Below are positions 9,371-19,691 of a stretch of 64,000 nt of DNA, one piece after another. The notes under the pieces were generated by a model. That model saw nothing but the letters and a program-made list of their open reading frames with translations. It ran no database searches and had not been told where the DNA came from. The DNA is from Candidatus Latescibacterota bacterium (GTDB taxonomy: Bacteria; Latescibacterota; UBA2968; UBA8231): positions 2,048,001 through 2,112,000 of the forward strand of contig OZ241867.1 of the NCBI GenBank assembly GCA_965203175.1. Reading direction: 5' to 3'. The number at the start of each line of letters is the position of its first letter. Within the stretch, counting starts at the first letter, position 1. The position numbers and the translations under genes are program-made.

Positions 9371-10736
9371 ATTTCTCCATGCGGCGATAGAGGGCCGTGC
9401 GGGTCAAGCCGAGCTCCCGCGCGGTTTGGCTGACGTTGCCTTGGTGCTTGCGCAGCACCCGGGCGATGACCTCGCGTTCGACGTCTTCGAGGTTGTAGCT
9501 GTCAAAGGCGACGGACTCCTCCGGCGACGATGCCGCAGTCAAGGGGAAATCGTCTGCGGCTAGTCGGTCCCCTTCACTCATAATGACGGCGCGCTCCACC
9601 GCGTGCTGCAATTCCCGCACATTGCCCGGCCAAGCGTACGCACGCAAGTGGGCGAGCGCTTCGGCGGTCAGGCCGGTCAGCGCCTTGCGGTACTTGGTCC
9701 GGTACAGGTCGAGGAAGTGGCGGGCCAACAGCGCGATGTCCTCGGGGCGCTCGCGCAGGGGCGGTAGGTGGATTTCCACGGTGTTGATGCGGTAGAGCAG
9801 GTCCTGGCGGAAGGTGCCGGCGGTGGCCATTTCGTGGATGGGCTGGTTGGTGGCGCATATGAGGCGCACATCCACGGAGACGGGTTGGTTGGCACCGACG
9901 CGGACGATCTGCTGGTTTTGCAGGGCCGCGAGCAGCTTGACCTGCAAGGGCAGGGGCAGGTTGCCGATCTCGTCGAGGAACAGGGTGCCCCCGGAGGCGA
10001 TTTCAAAGCGGCCAGCGCGGTCGCTGCGGGCGTCAGTGAAGGCACCTTTGACGTGGCCGAAGAGTTCGCTCTCGAACAAGGTCTCGCTCAGGGACCCCAT
10101 ATCGACGGAGATGAAGACTTCGTCGGCGCGCGCCGAGCGGCGGTGAATCTCGCGCGCCACTAGTTCCTTGCCCGTGCCGTTTTCTCCGAGGATGAGGACG
10201 CTGGCGTCGGTGGCGGCTACCTTGGCCATTGTCTGAAATACTTCCTGTAGGACTGGGGCCTCGCCGATGAGATCGCCAAAGGGCTGGTCGAGATCCGCGG
10301 ACAGCCGCTGCTGGCGAGAGCGGAGGTGGTCGGTTTCCCGGCGCGAGCGATGCAATTCCACGGCCGCGGACACGGTGGCGAGCAGCTTCTCGTTCTGCCA
10401 GGGTTTGAGCACAAAATCGACGGCCCCCTCCTTGACGGCGCGCACGGCCATCTCGACGTCGCCGTACGCGGTGATCAGCAAGACAGCGACGGTCGGGTCT
10501 AGGTCGCTGATTTGTTGGAGCCAGTAGAAGCCCTCCCGGCCGCTGGTCGCCTCCTGCGTGAAGTTCATGTCGAGGAGGACGACGGCTGGCGACTCCTGTT
10601 TGAGGGCACTCGGAATGGCCTGGGGATCGGTCTCGGTGCGGACTTGGTAGCCCTGCTGCTTGAGGAGCAAGCGGGCGGCGACGAGCACGTCTTGATTGTC
10701 GTCCACGACGAGGATGCGGGCGGCTTCAACAGACAT
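9360..10736 (-). CDS. sigma54-dependent (NtrC-family) response regulator
   Basis: Receiver ILVVDD..LLDMNF..KPW; AAA+ GENGTGKE, ESELFGHVKGAFTDA, GTLFLDEI, WPGNVREL; Fis-type HTH. Confidence 0.95.
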   Translation of the reverse strand: MSVEAARILVVDDNQDVLVAARLLLKQQGYQVRTETDPQAIPSALKQESPAVVLLDMNFTQEATSGREGFYWLQQISDLDPTVAVLLITAYGDVEMAVRAVKEGAVDFVLKPWQNEKLLATVSAAVELHRSRRETDHLRSRQQRLSADLDQPFGDLIGEAPVLQEVFQTMAKVAATDASVLILGENGTGKELVAREIHRRSARADEVFISVDMGSLSETLFESELFGHVKGAFTDARSDRAGRFEIASGGTLFLDEIGNLPLPLQVKLLAALQNQQIVRVGANQPVSVDVRLICATNQPIHEMATAGTFRQDLLYRINTVEIHLPPLRERPEDIALLARHFLDLYRTKYRKALTGLTAEALAHLRAYAWPGNVRELQHAVERAVIMSEGDRLAADDFPLTAASSPEESVAFDSYNLEDVEREVIARVLRKHQGNVSQTARELGLTRTALYRRMEKYGL

Positions 10737-10751
10737 GGGATATGCTCCCTA

Positions 10752-10792
10752 GTGTACGCCAGCGGACAGTAGGTGTATCACCAGCGGACAGT
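10752..10792. promoter_or_regulatory. Tandem putative enhancer (UAS) sites for the NtrC-family regulator
   Basis: Direct repeat GTGTACGCCAGCGGACAGT / GTGTATCACCAGCGGACAGT. Each copy is an imperfect TGT..-N-GGACA dyad. Confidence 0.6.
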
Positions 10793-10836
10793 GGCGCTGG
10801 GGCGGGCAAGGAGGCGATTCGACTCATCTTCTTTTT

Positions 10837-10849
10837 TATCAAGGGGTTA
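10837..10849 (+). promoter_or_regulatory. IHF binding site
   Basis: TATCAAGGGGTTA matches WATCAANNNNTTR exactly, is preceded by a T-tract, and lies between the UAS and the -24 element. Confidence 0.65.
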
Positions 10850-10855
10850 GGAATA

Positions 10856-10871
10856 TGGCATGTATCTTGCT
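10856..10871 (+). promoter_or_regulatory. sigma54 -24/-12 promoter
   Basis: TGGCATGTATCTTGCT versus consensus TGGCAC-N5-TTGCW; the GG-N10-GC spacing is exact. Confidence 0.8.
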
Positions 10872-10914
10872 ATCTCTGGAGAAAAGGCTGCGACAAGATA
10901 AGGTAGCAAATGCT

Positions 10915-12264
10915 ATGCCCGCAAATATTCGACTTTTCTCGAAAAAAGACCCCACTCCCGAGCCGAGCCCCGGTAGCACCCGCCTCGGCGGCGGCGTTGG
11001 CATGGATCGCAAAATCGAAAAGCCTCGGTTCACGCCCAAGCGCATCGCGCTAGGCGCGGCTGCTTTGCTGTTGGCCGGGCTATTCGGGTACGTCCTGCTC
11101 GTGGATTTCGGGGTGCGCAAGCTGAATGTGGAGCGCGAGCGGCTGACGATCTCGACGGTCGAGTTCGGCCCGTTTCAGGAATACATCCCAGTGCGCGGCA
11201 CGGTGCTGCCGCTGCACACCGTGTATCTCGACGCCTTGGAGCGCGGTCAAGTGGAGCAGGTGTTCGTCGAAGAGGGTGCCTCGGTGGCCGAGGGCGATCC
11301 ACTGCTGCGCCTTGCCAACCCCGATCTAGAATTGACCGTCCTGCAACAGGAAGCCGACCTCGAGCGCAGCCGGGAGGCGTTGCGCAATGGCCGGCTGACC
11401 ATGGAGCAGGAACTGCTGCGCTCGCGGAAATCACTGATGGAGATCGAGTACCAGCTAGCCATCAACAAGCGCAACTTCGAGCGCTACGAGAGCCTGTCGG
11501 CGGAAGATTTGACGGCCATCCTATCGCGGCAGGAGTACGAGAAGCTGCGCGACGAGTACCAGTACAGCGTCCGCCGCATGGCCCTGACGCGGGAGACCCA
11601 GACCCAGGACTCGCTGCTGTCGGCGAGCAAGGTGGTACAGCTCGTCTCGGCCGTGGAGCGCATGGAACGCAACCTCGAAATCGTCCGTCGTAGGCTCGAC
11701 AATCTGACGGTGCGAGCCCCTGTGTCCGGGCAGTTAACCCTGCTGGCGGCGGAGGTCGGCGAGAGCAAGGGGACGGGTGCGCGCTTGGGCAAGATCGACA
11801 TGATTGACGGTTTCAAGGTGCGCGCCGCTATTGACGAGCACTACATCGGCCGCGTGGGCCGGGGGCAGCGCGGCCAGTTCGACAGCGACGACGAGTCATA
11901 CAGCTTGATGATCCGCAAGGTCTATCCAGAGGTAAGGGAAGGCCGCTTTGAGGTCGATCTGGTGTTTGAAGGAGAAGCACCCGAGGGCATCCGGCGCGGC
12001 CAGACTCTGCACATTCGCCTTGAGTTGGGCGATCTGGATGAAGCAGTGCAAGTGGCAAGGGGTGGATTCTATCAGGCGACCGGGGGCCACTGGGCCTATG
12101 TGCTCGACGCTGCTGGCGACCGGGCCACGCGGCGCTCTATCGCCCTGGGACGCCAGAACCCCCGGGTGTACGAAGTGCTGGAGGGGCTTGAGCCGGGAGA
12201 GCAGGTGATTACTTCGAGCTATGAGACTTTTGGCGAAGACATGGACGTGTTGGTGTTGCGCTAG
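10915..12264 (+). CDS. Periplasmic adaptor/membrane fusion protein (HlyD/MacA-like)
   Basis: Single N-terminal TM; lipoyl halves GQVEQVFVEEGASVAEGDPLLRL and VRAPVSGQL flank a coiled coil; EGLEPGEQVITS. The start must be downstream of the sigma54 site (10915, alternatively 11002). Confidence 0.9.
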   Translation: MPANIRLFSKKDPTPEPSPGSTRLGGGVGMDRKIEKPRFTPKRIALGAAALLLAGLFGYVLLVDFGVRKLNVERERLTISTVEFGPFQEYIPVRGTVLPLHTVYLDALERGQVEQVFVEEGASVAEGDPLLRLANPDLELTVLQQEADLERSREALRNGRLTMEQELLRSRKSLMEIEYQLAINKRNFERYESLSAEDLTAILSRQEYEKLRDEYQYSVRRMALTRETQTQDSLLSASKVVQLVSAVERMERNLEIVRRRLDNLTVRAPVSGQLTLLAAEVGESKGTGARLGKIDMIDGFKVRAAIDEHYIGRVGRGQRGQFDSDDESYSLMIRKVYPEVREGRFEVDLVFEGEAPEGIRRGQTLHIRLELGDLDEAVQVARGGFYQATGGHWAYVLDAAGDRATRRSIALGRQNPRVYEVLEGLEPGEQVITSSYETFGEDMDVLVLR

Positions 12265-12290
12265 CAACGCCCTAACCAAGGAGAAAAAAC

Positions 12291-13025
12291 ATGACTGAGC
12301 AGACAGCAAACGCTGAAAACGGCCGCGCGCCCCTGATCCGCACTGTCGGGCTGCGCAAGCTATACACGACCGAGGAGGTGGAGACGACCGCCTTGGACAA
12401 CGTGAACCTCGAAATCGCCGAAGGCGAATTTGCCGCCATTATGGGGCCGTCGGGCTGCGGCAAGTCAACGCTGCTCAATCTGCTCGGCCTGCTCGACAAC
12501 CCAACCGAGGGGGAATACTGGCTGCTGGACGAGGAGGTAGCGACCTACTCGGAGCGCCTGCGGGCGAATCTGCGCAAGGGGACGATCGGTTTTGTCTTTC
12601 AGTCGTTCAACTTGATCAACGAATTGACCGTCCACGAGAACGTCGAGCTGCCCCTGCTCTACATGGGTATGCCAGCTACGGAGCGCAAGCAACGGGTGCG
12701 GTTGATCCTCGACCACATGCAGATCACCCACCGCGAGAAGCACTTTCCGCTCCAGCTTTCCGGCGGCCAGCAGCAGCGCGTGGCCGTAGCGCGGGCTTTG
12801 GTCGCGGAACCGAAGCTGGTGCTGGCGGATGAGCCGACGGGCAATCTCGACTCGCGCCACGGCGACGAGGTCATGGAGATGCTCACCGAGATGAACCGGA
12901 ATGGCACGACCGTGGTGATGGTGACGCACTCGCCGGCCTACGCCGACTTTGCGCACCGAATCATTCACTTGTTCGACGGCAGGATCGTGAGCGAGAACAT
13001 CGAGCGGGATCAGGAAGCGTCGTAA
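12291..13025 (+). CDS. ABC transporter ATP-binding protein 1 (MacB/LolD-like)
   Basis: [43 protein letters not shown]. Confidence 0.95.
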   Translation: MTEQTANAENGRAPLIRTVGLRKLYTTEEVETTALDNVNLEIAEGEFAAIMGPSGCGKSTLLNLLGLLDNPTEGEYWLLDEEVATYSERLRANLRKGTIGFVFQSFNLINELTVHENVELPLLYMGMPATERKQRVRLILDHMQITHREKHFPLQLSGGQQQRVAVARALVAEPKLVLADEPTGNLDSRHGDEVMEMLTEMNRNGTTVVMVTHSPAYADFAHRIIHLFDGRIVSENIERDQEAS

Positions 13026-13066
13026 GCGGCGGACTAGGGCGCACTACGACACGAAAGGAACTTATC

Positions 13067-15463
13067 ATGCTGGGCAACTACCTGACGACGGCGCTGCGGC
13101 TTCTGTGGCGGGAGCGCGGCTATGCGGCGATCAACATTTTCGGCTTGGCCATTGGCTTTGCCCTGTGCCTGCTGATCGTCCAGTTCTCTGCTTATCAGCT
13201 CGCGGTTGGCGACTTCCACGAAAAAAAAGACCGGGTTTATCGCGTTCTGGGACCCTCCTTCTGGGGTGAGGCCCAGTACTCGGGAGGTTTGCCAATACCG
13301 CTAGGCCCGACCCTCAAGGAGCAACTTCCCGAGGTCGAGGAGGCGGTCCGCTTCAGCGGGGCTAGGCCGAGTTTGCTGCGGGTCGGGGCCAAGGACGGGA
13401 TCTCCGAGGAAGTGCTGACCGCGGAAGCCGGCGTTTTCGACGTATTCAGCTTGCCGCTCCTACGCGGCGACCCCAAGACGGCCTTGGCGCGCCCCTACAC
13501 CATGGTACTGACCGAGCCGTTGGCCCGTCGGCTGTTCGGCGAGGGCGATCCCATCGGACAGGTCGTCCGCTACGAAGAAAAATTTGATTGCGAGGTCACT
13601 GGCATCGTCGGCCAGCCGCCCACCAGCTCGTTGCTCCAGTTCTCGGCACTGCTCTCTTTTGCCACAGAGTACAAGGAGAGTCCGGGAATGATGGCGTCTG
13701 GTTGGAACGCTTCAGCCTTCACGACCTTCGTGCAGCTAACGCCGGGTGCCGACCCGGCTGCGGTAGCCGGGCGCATCCCCAGTATTGTCGAGGCGAACAC
13801 GGGGATGTCAAGCGCTGATAGGGCCGAGGCGATCACAGGATCGCGAGAGACTGCCGGTTCCTACGCGCTACAACCCCTGAAATCGATCTACTTCGACACC
13901 GAGGTGTCCAGCAATATCGGCCCGAGTGGCAACCCTCTCTACTTGGCGCTGTGCGCCATCTTAGCAGCAGTGATTCTGACGATCGCCGGTGTCAACTACG
14001 TGAACTTGGCGACGGCGCGAGCCGGGCGGCGGACCCACGAGATCGGCGTGCGCAAGACTCTCGGTGCTCATCGCGGTCAACTCATTGGCCAACTCCTGAG
14101 CGAGTCCGTGCTGTTGAGTACTGTAGCGACGGTCTTAGGCGTTGCCATGGCCGAGGGTGTGATTCTGCTCCTGCCCGTGATTACGGGATTCGATTTTGAA
14201 TTGTCCTTCCTGCGCTGGACCCTCCCGGCCTGCGCTGGGGCCGCAGTGCTGGCGGTAGGGGTCGGATTGGCCGCGGGTGCGTACCCAGCGTGGGTCGTGG
14301 CGCGCTTTCAGCCGGCGACCGCGGTGCGCGGGGACCGCGTGGGCGGTGCGCGTCTGCGCCGGGGTTTAGTGGTGGCGCAGTTTACGGTTACGGCGGCCTT
14401 GATGACCATGACGCTGCTGATATGGCACCAAGTCGATTACGTCCAGAATCTCCTCCGCGAGGAGTCCGCCTTGGGGTTTGAGCCGGAACAGGTAGTGGTG
14501 ATCAGAAATAGCGCTTTGAGCATAGATCGCGCCCGAATCTTTAAGGCAGAGCTGCTTCAGGACAGCCGCATTGCCGCGGTGAGCCTTGCTGCGACAGTAC
14601 CTGGTGAAGGTTCGCGGACGAGCTACAGTGTCAATCCAGAGGGCGTGGAAGAGCAAGTAATGATGAGAACTTATGACGTGGATGGCGACTTCGTCGAAAT
14701 CCTAGGCTTGCGCATGGCCGAAGGACGCAATTTTACCGACGAAGCGACCCACGCAACTGTCATCAACGAGACCGCGATGCGGATGTTGGGGTGGACCAAG
14801 CCGCTGGGCAAGAGGATCAAAGTCGGCGGTCGGGATCGGCGCGTCGTGGGCGTGATTGAGGACTTCCACTTCGACGGTCCGCACCGCAAGATAGAGCCAC
14901 TGATCATAACGCCGGTCACTCACTGGCCGAGCCTCATTATCGTGCGGGTGCAACCTGGGCATCTCGATGCGGCCCGCAAAATGATTGACGACAAGTGGGC
15001 CGCCGTTGAGCCCTACCGCCCCATCCAGCGCAATTCCCTCGAAGAGGTCTTCACTGGGCTTTACTTCGAAGAGCTGTTGATGGGCCGTGCCCTCACGTTC
15101 TTCCTCGTTTTATCGCTCGTCGTCGCCTCGGTGGGACTCTTCGGCATGGCCGCACACGCCGCCCAAGAGCGCACCAAGGAGATCGGCATTCGCAAGGTGT
15201 TCGGCGCTTCTCCCAGCGGCCTCACCACTATGCTGCTGCGCGACTTCGCCAAACCCGTTGCCATCGCCTTCCTGCTCAGCGTGCCGATCGCCTACTGGTT
15301 GGCTAACCAGTGGCTGCAAGACTATGCCTATCACGTGGAAGTCGGCGTGGGCCTGTTCTTGGTGTCGGGAGCCTTGTCCTTCGCCATCGCCGGGTTGACG
15401 GTGGGGCACCAAGCGATGCGAGCGGCGCTGACCAATCCGATAGAGACGCTGCACACCGAGTAG
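13067..15463 (+). CDS. FtsX/MacB-type duplicated ABC permease A1
   Basis: 798 aa; INIFGLAIG, NYVNLATARA..EIGVRK.LGA, VVAQF, ERTKEIGIRKVFGA, NPIETLHTE. Confidence 0.92.
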   Translation: MLGNYLTTALRLLWRERGYAAINIFGLAIGFALCLLIVQFSAYQLAVGDFHEKKDRVYRVLGPSFWGEAQYSGGLPIPLGPTLKEQLPEVEEAVRFSGARPSLLRVGAKDGISEEVLTAEAGVFDVFSLPLLRGDPKTALARPYTMVLTEPLARRLFGEGDPIGQVVRYEEKFDCEVTGIVGQPPTSSLLQFSALLSFATEYKESPGMMASGWNASAFTTFVQLTPGADPAAVAGRIPSIVEANTGMSSADRAEAITGSRETAGSYALQPLKSIYFDTEVSSNIGPSGNPLYLALCAILAAVILTIAGVNYVNLATARAGRRTHEIGVRKTLGAHRGQLIGQLLSESVLLSTVATVLGVAMAEGVILLLPVITGFDFELSFLRWTLPACAGAAVLAVGVGLAAGAYPAWVVARFQPATAVRGDRVGGARLRRGLVVAQFTVTAALMTMTLLIWHQVDYVQNLLREESALGFEPEQVVVIRNSALSIDRARIFKAELLQDSRIAAVSLAATVPGEGSRTSYSVNPEGVEEQVMMRTYDVDGDFVEILGLRMAEGRNFTDEATHATVINETAMRMLGWTKPLGKRIKVGGRDRRVVGVIEDFHFDGPHRKIEPLIITPVTHWPSLIIVRVQPGHLDAARKMIDDKWAAVEPYRPIQRNSLEEVFTGLYFEELLMGRALTFFLVLSLVVASVGLFGMAAHAAQERTKEIGIRKVFGASPSGLTTMLLRDFAKPVAIAFLLSVPIAYWLANQWLQDYAYHVEVGVGLFLVSGALSFAIAGLTVGHQAMRAALTNPIETLHTE

Positions 15464-15482
15464 CGATGCGAAAGGAACTATC

Positions 15483-17846
15483 ATGCTGGGCAATTATCTG
15501 ACAACGGCGCTGCGCCTCTTGTGGCGGGAGCGCGGCTACGCGGCGATCAACATCTTCGGCTTGGCGGTTGGCTTTGCCCTGTGCCTGCTGATCATTCAGC
15601 TCGCCGACTATCAGCTCGCCATTGGCGATTTTCACGAGAAAAAAGACCGGGTTTACCGCGTGCTTGGGAAGTCATCATCCGGGTACGAGGGAGCGTTGCC
15701 TGTAGAGCTGGGGCCGACCCTCAAGGAGCAATTGCCCGAAGTTGAGGAGGCGGTCCGCTTCAGACCAGGTGGGCGGGGACTGCTTCGGGTCGAGGCCAAG
15801 GACGCGATCTACGAACAGGTTATGCTGGCGGAAGCCGGCGTTTTCGACATGTTCAGCTTGCGGCTCCTACGCGGAGATCCGAAGACGGCCCTGTCGCGTC
15901 CCTACACCATAGTGCTGACCGAGCCGTTGGCCCGTCGGCTGTTCGGAGATAACGATCCCATCGGACAGGTCATCCGCTACGAGGAAGACTTCGATTGCGA
16001 GGTCACCGGCATTGTCGGTCAGCCGCCCTCTAGTTCATTGCTCCAGGTCTCGGCGCTGGTCTCTTTCGCCACGATGTACGAGGAGAGTCGGAGGATGATG
16101 GAATCGAAGCACGTTAGGTCCTTCAGGACCTTCGTGCAGCTAACGCCCGGTGCCGACGCGGCTGTGGTGGCCACGCGCATCCCCGGCATTGCTGAGGAAC
16201 TTACGGGCTTACAAGAGGAAGCCGATTCCTACGCACTGCAACCTCTGAAAGCAATCTACTTCGACACGGAGGTGTCCAGCTACCTCGGCCCGAGAGGCAA
16301 CCTCTTCTACTTGACGCTATGCGCCATCTTGGCGGTGGTGGTCCTGACGATCGCTGGGGTCAACTACGTGAACTTGGCGACGGCGCGGGCGGAGCGCCGA
16401 ACCCACGAGATCGGCGTGCGCAAGGCCCTCGGCGCTCATCGCGGCCAGCTCATTCGCCAGCTCCTGAGCGAGTCGATTCTGCTGAGCGTTGGGGCGACGG
16501 TGCTAGGCGCGGTTTTAACAGAGGTTTTGATTGTGCTCATACCCATCATTACGGGATCCGATTTCCAGTTGCCCTACTTGCACTGGACGCTGTCGACCTG
16601 CGCTGGGGCTGCGGCGCTGGCGGTAGGGGTTGGACTGGCTGCGGGTATGTACCCGGCGTGGGTGGTGGCGCGCTTTCAGCCGGCGACTGCGGTGCACGGG
16701 GGCCGCGTGGGTGGTGCGCTTCTGCGTCGAGGCTTAGTAGTAGCGCAGTTTACGGTCACGGCGGCGTTGATGACGATGACGCTGCTGATATGGCACCAAC
16801 TCGACTACTTCCAAAACCTCCTTCGCGAGGACTCCGTCTTGGGGTTTGAGCTAGAACAGGTTGTCGTCGTCCACAACCGCGGCCTGACCATGGATCAAGC
16901 CCGAGTCTTCAAGACGGAGCTTCTGCAGGACAGCCGCATCGCCGCAGTGAGTCTCTCTTCTACAGTACCTGGTAAGGGTTCGCGGGCGACGTACGGTGTC
17001 AAGCCGGAGGGCGTGGAAGGGGAAGTAGGAATAAGAGTGTATCAAGTAGATGGTGACTTTGTCGAAATCATGGGATTGCGCATGAGCGAGGGACGTGCCT
17101 TTACCGACGAACCGGCCGACGCCCAAGCGATCATCATCAACGAGGCCGCCGCGAAGAGGATAGGATGGACAGAGCCGTTGGGCAAAACGATTTTCGGCTT
17201 CCAGGGCCGAGACCGGCGCGTCGTCGGCGTGATTGAGGACTTTCACTTCGACGGCCCGCACAGCAAGATAGAGCCACTGCTCATGGCACCGTTTGGTCAA
17301 TGGGCGTGGGCGGGAACCATTATCGTGCGGATGCAACCCGGGCATCTCGACGCAGCCCTCAAAGTGATCGACGACAAGTGGGCTGCTGTCTCACCCTATC
17401 GCCCCATCCAGCGCAATCCTCTCGAAGAAGTCTTCGCCGGACTCTATTCCGATGAGCTGCTGATGGGACGTGCGCTCACTTTCTTTCTCTTTTTAGCCAT
17501 CGCCGTCGCCTCGGTGGGGCTTTTCGGCATGGCCGCACACGCCGCCCAAGAGCGCACCAAGGAGATCGGCATCCGCAAGGTATTCGGGGCGTCCCCTGGC
17601 GGCCTCACCACTATGCTGCTGCGGGACTTTGCCAAACCTGTTGCCATTGCTTTTCTGCTCAGTGTGCCGATCGCCTATGGCTTGGCCAATCACTGGTTAC
17701 AGGAGTTTGCTTATCGCGCGGAAATCGGCGTGGGCCTGTTCCTGGTGTCGGGCGCTTTGTCCTTCGCCATCGCCGGGCTAACGGTGGGGCACCAAGCGAT
17801 GCGGGCGGCGCTGACCAATCCGATAGAGACGCTGCACACTGAATAA
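15483..17846 (+). CDS. FtsX/MacB-type duplicated ABC permease A2
   Basis: 787 aa; close paralog of A1 with the same motifs. Confidence 0.92.
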   Translation: MLGNYLTTALRLLWRERGYAAINIFGLAVGFALCLLIIQLADYQLAIGDFHEKKDRVYRVLGKSSSGYEGALPVELGPTLKEQLPEVEEAVRFRPGGRGLLRVEAKDAIYEQVMLAEAGVFDMFSLRLLRGDPKTALSRPYTIVLTEPLARRLFGDNDPIGQVIRYEEDFDCEVTGIVGQPPSSSLLQVSALVSFATMYEESRRMMESKHVRSFRTFVQLTPGADAAVVATRIPGIAEELTGLQEEADSYALQPLKAIYFDTEVSSYLGPRGNLFYLTLCAILAVVVLTIAGVNYVNLATARAERRTHEIGVRKALGAHRGQLIRQLLSESILLSVGATVLGAVLTEVLIVLIPIITGSDFQLPYLHWTLSTCAGAAALAVGVGLAAGMYPAWVVARFQPATAVHGGRVGGALLRRGLVVAQFTVTAALMTMTLLIWHQLDYFQNLLREDSVLGFELEQVVVVHNRGLTMDQARVFKTELLQDSRIAAVSLSSTVPGKGSRATYGVKPEGVEGEVGIRVYQVDGDFVEIMGLRMSEGRAFTDEPADAQAIIINEAAAKRIGWTEPLGKTIFGFQGRDRRVVGVIEDFHFDGPHSKIEPLLMAPFGQWAWAGTIIVRMQPGHLDAALKVIDDKWAAVSPYRPIQRNPLEEVFAGLYSDELLMGRALTFFLFLAIAVASVGLFGMAAHAAQERTKEIGIRKVFGASPGGLTTMLLRDFAKPVAIAFLLSVPIAYGLANHWLQEFAYRAEIGVGLFLVSGALSFAIAGLTVGHQAMRAALTNPIETLHTE

Positions 17847-17880
17847 CCAGCACACCCATTACGTGAGAGGAGACGCCATT

Positions 17881-19545
17881 ATGAACCCTTTTATCTACCC
17901 ACTGCAACGCCTCTTGGGCGCGCTGTTGGCCATTCTGGTCGCCTTTGGCTCAGCTCAGGCCGACTCTTCCAAACCCGAACAAAGGCGGTTCGCGCAAAAC
18001 GCTGCCACCGCTCCGGGCCAGACCCTCTATCTGGAAGCGCGTCATGCCGAGATCGTCGTCAGCGGCTCGGACGAAAACGAAATCGCCCTTGAAGCCACCG
18101 TCGAACTCAGCAGTGGCAATGCCGAAGCTAGGGACGCTTTCTTTGCCGCGATTCAACTCCTGCTCGAACCTCGCGGCCAAGACTTTCGCGCCGTGCTCAA
18201 GATCCCCGAGTGGGAAGAAGAGGAGTCGGAGGACAAAAGAAAATCTTCCGGCTTCCTGCGTCGGCTGTTCCATCGCGTAGAACACCGAGAGCAAGCCCGC
18301 ATCGTTCTGCGCGTTGATGTGCCCTCGCGCTATGGACTCGACATCGCGGGTGAATTCGGCGACATCCACATTGAGGGCATTGAGGGCGCGATCCGCATCG
18401 ACAATAGGTCGGGCCGCATCAGCGTGGAAAACTCCGGCGGGTCATTCGATGCACGCAATCAGTACGCTGACTTAGAAGTTGTCTCTTTTGCGGGCGACAT
18501 CCACTACCGGGGTGCCAGCAGCGCGGTGTCTCTGCGCGACATCACTGGCAATGCCACCGTGCACACCACCTATAACCCCGTATCCGCGGTCGGCGTCAGC
18601 GGCACTTTGCACATTGACGCGCAGAGCAGTCGGATCGAGGGTCGGGACATCGGTGCCGACTGCACCATCTCTACTTCGTACAACCCGGTCGTCGTCGACA
18701 ATGTCGCGGGCAATCTGTCGGTCAGTGCTAGGAGCAGCAAGGTCAGAGTCGCCGACATCAAGGGCAATGCACATATCGAATCGAGCTACAACCCAATCGC
18801 AGTGAATCGCGTCGCCGGCAACTTGGTAATTCGCGGCTCCTCCAGCTCGGTCGCCATCGAGCGCGTCGAGCAGGATGTGTCCGTTCGCACCTCGTACAAT
18901 CCCGTCACCGTCGAGCACGTCGCCGGCAATTTGGAAATTGACGGCTCTTCGTGCAGCGTGGTTGTGCGCCAAATCAGCGGCGATACCGAGGTGGTCAACT
19001 CGTACAATCCCGTCACCGCCGAGGACATCACCGGCAATTTGGTAATTCGCGGCTCCTCTAGCCCAGTCACCGTCGAACGCATTGAGCAGAACGCCACCAT
19101 ACGCACCTCGTACAACCCCATAGTCGCCGAAGAAATCGGTGGTGACCTGCGTATTGATGGCAACTCTTGCAGCGTCTTGGTGGAAGGAATTGAGGGCGAC
19201 GCGACCATTGCCAATTCCCACAATTACGTCGTCGTCAAGGGCAGTGCCGGAGCGCTCTCCATCAACGGCCATAACAGCCCCATTGAAGTATCCAACGTGG
19301 CCGCTCTGCCTGCCACCGGCCGCGTCGAACTCTTCACCACCGGCAAACCCATTGAACTACACATCCCCGCCGATGCCGACATCGAGGCTAGGTTGCAGAC
19401 CAATCGCGGCAAAATTCGCTCGGACTTCCCGCTGTTGACTGAAGAAGATGGCCGCAACCGCAAAAACGCTCGTCTCGAATTGGGCAGTGCCGGTACGCAG
19501 GTACACGTGCGGACGGACGGAGACATCAGGATCGAGAAGCAATAG
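17881..19545 (+). CDS. Exported DUF4097-like beta-strand repeat protein
   Basis: Signal peptide (..AFGSAQA); LRVDVPSRYGLDI..GDIHIEGI; repeated ~22/44-aa units with SYNP; terminal VRTDGDIRIEK; GAGGAG RBS before ATG 17881. Confidence 0.7.
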   Translation: MNPFIYPLQRLLGALLAILVAFGSAQADSSKPEQRRFAQNAATAPGQTLYLEARHAEIVVSGSDENEIALEATVELSSGNAEARDAFFAAIQLLLEPRGQDFRAVLKIPEWEEEESEDKRKSSGFLRRLFHRVEHREQARIVLRVDVPSRYGLDIAGEFGDIHIEGIEGAIRIDNRSGRISVENSGGSFDARNQYADLEVVSFAGDIHYRGASSAVSLRDITGNATVHTTYNPVSAVGVSGTLHIDAQSSRIEGRDIGADCTISTSYNPVVVDNVAGNLSVSARSSKVRVADIKGNAHIESSYNPIAVNRVAGNLVIRGSSSSVAIERVEQDVSVRTSYNPVTVEHVAGNLEIDGSSCSVVVRQISGDTEVVNSYNPVTAEDITGNLVIRGSSSPVTVERIEQNATIRTSYNPIVAEEIGGDLRIDGNSCSVLVEGIEGDATIANSHNYVVVKGSAGALSINGHNSPIEVSNVAALPATGRVELFTTGKPIELHIPADADIEARLQTNRGKIRSDFPLLTEEDGRNRKNARLELGSAGTQVHVRTDGDIRIEKQ

Positions 19546-19640
19546 GGGCAAGTCCGCACCCCGTAGCAAGGGTGCCACAAGGACGCCCTCTGCAAAAGCG
19601 AATTCGTTGGTACAAATGTTTGAAACTTGCTGCGAACCAT

Positions 19641-19673
19641 GTAGGGGCGGTTCGCGCTCCGCACCGTCCCTAC
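19641..19673. repeat. GTAG-type REP-like palindrome
   Basis: GTAGGGGCGGT-N11-ACCGTCCCTAC. Degenerate related sequence lies at 19543-19592. Confidence 0.55.
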
Positions 19674-19691
19674 GACACTAAAGGAACTATC

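Noticed and set aside
10855-10914. ORF-track N-terminal extensions (10855; also 1580, 7302, 17863, 19572, 29018, 31481, 32872, 33769, 36321, 50324)
   Set aside because: They overlap promoters or upstream genes, or lack an RBS. Paralog alignment and RBS position support the downstream ATGs.
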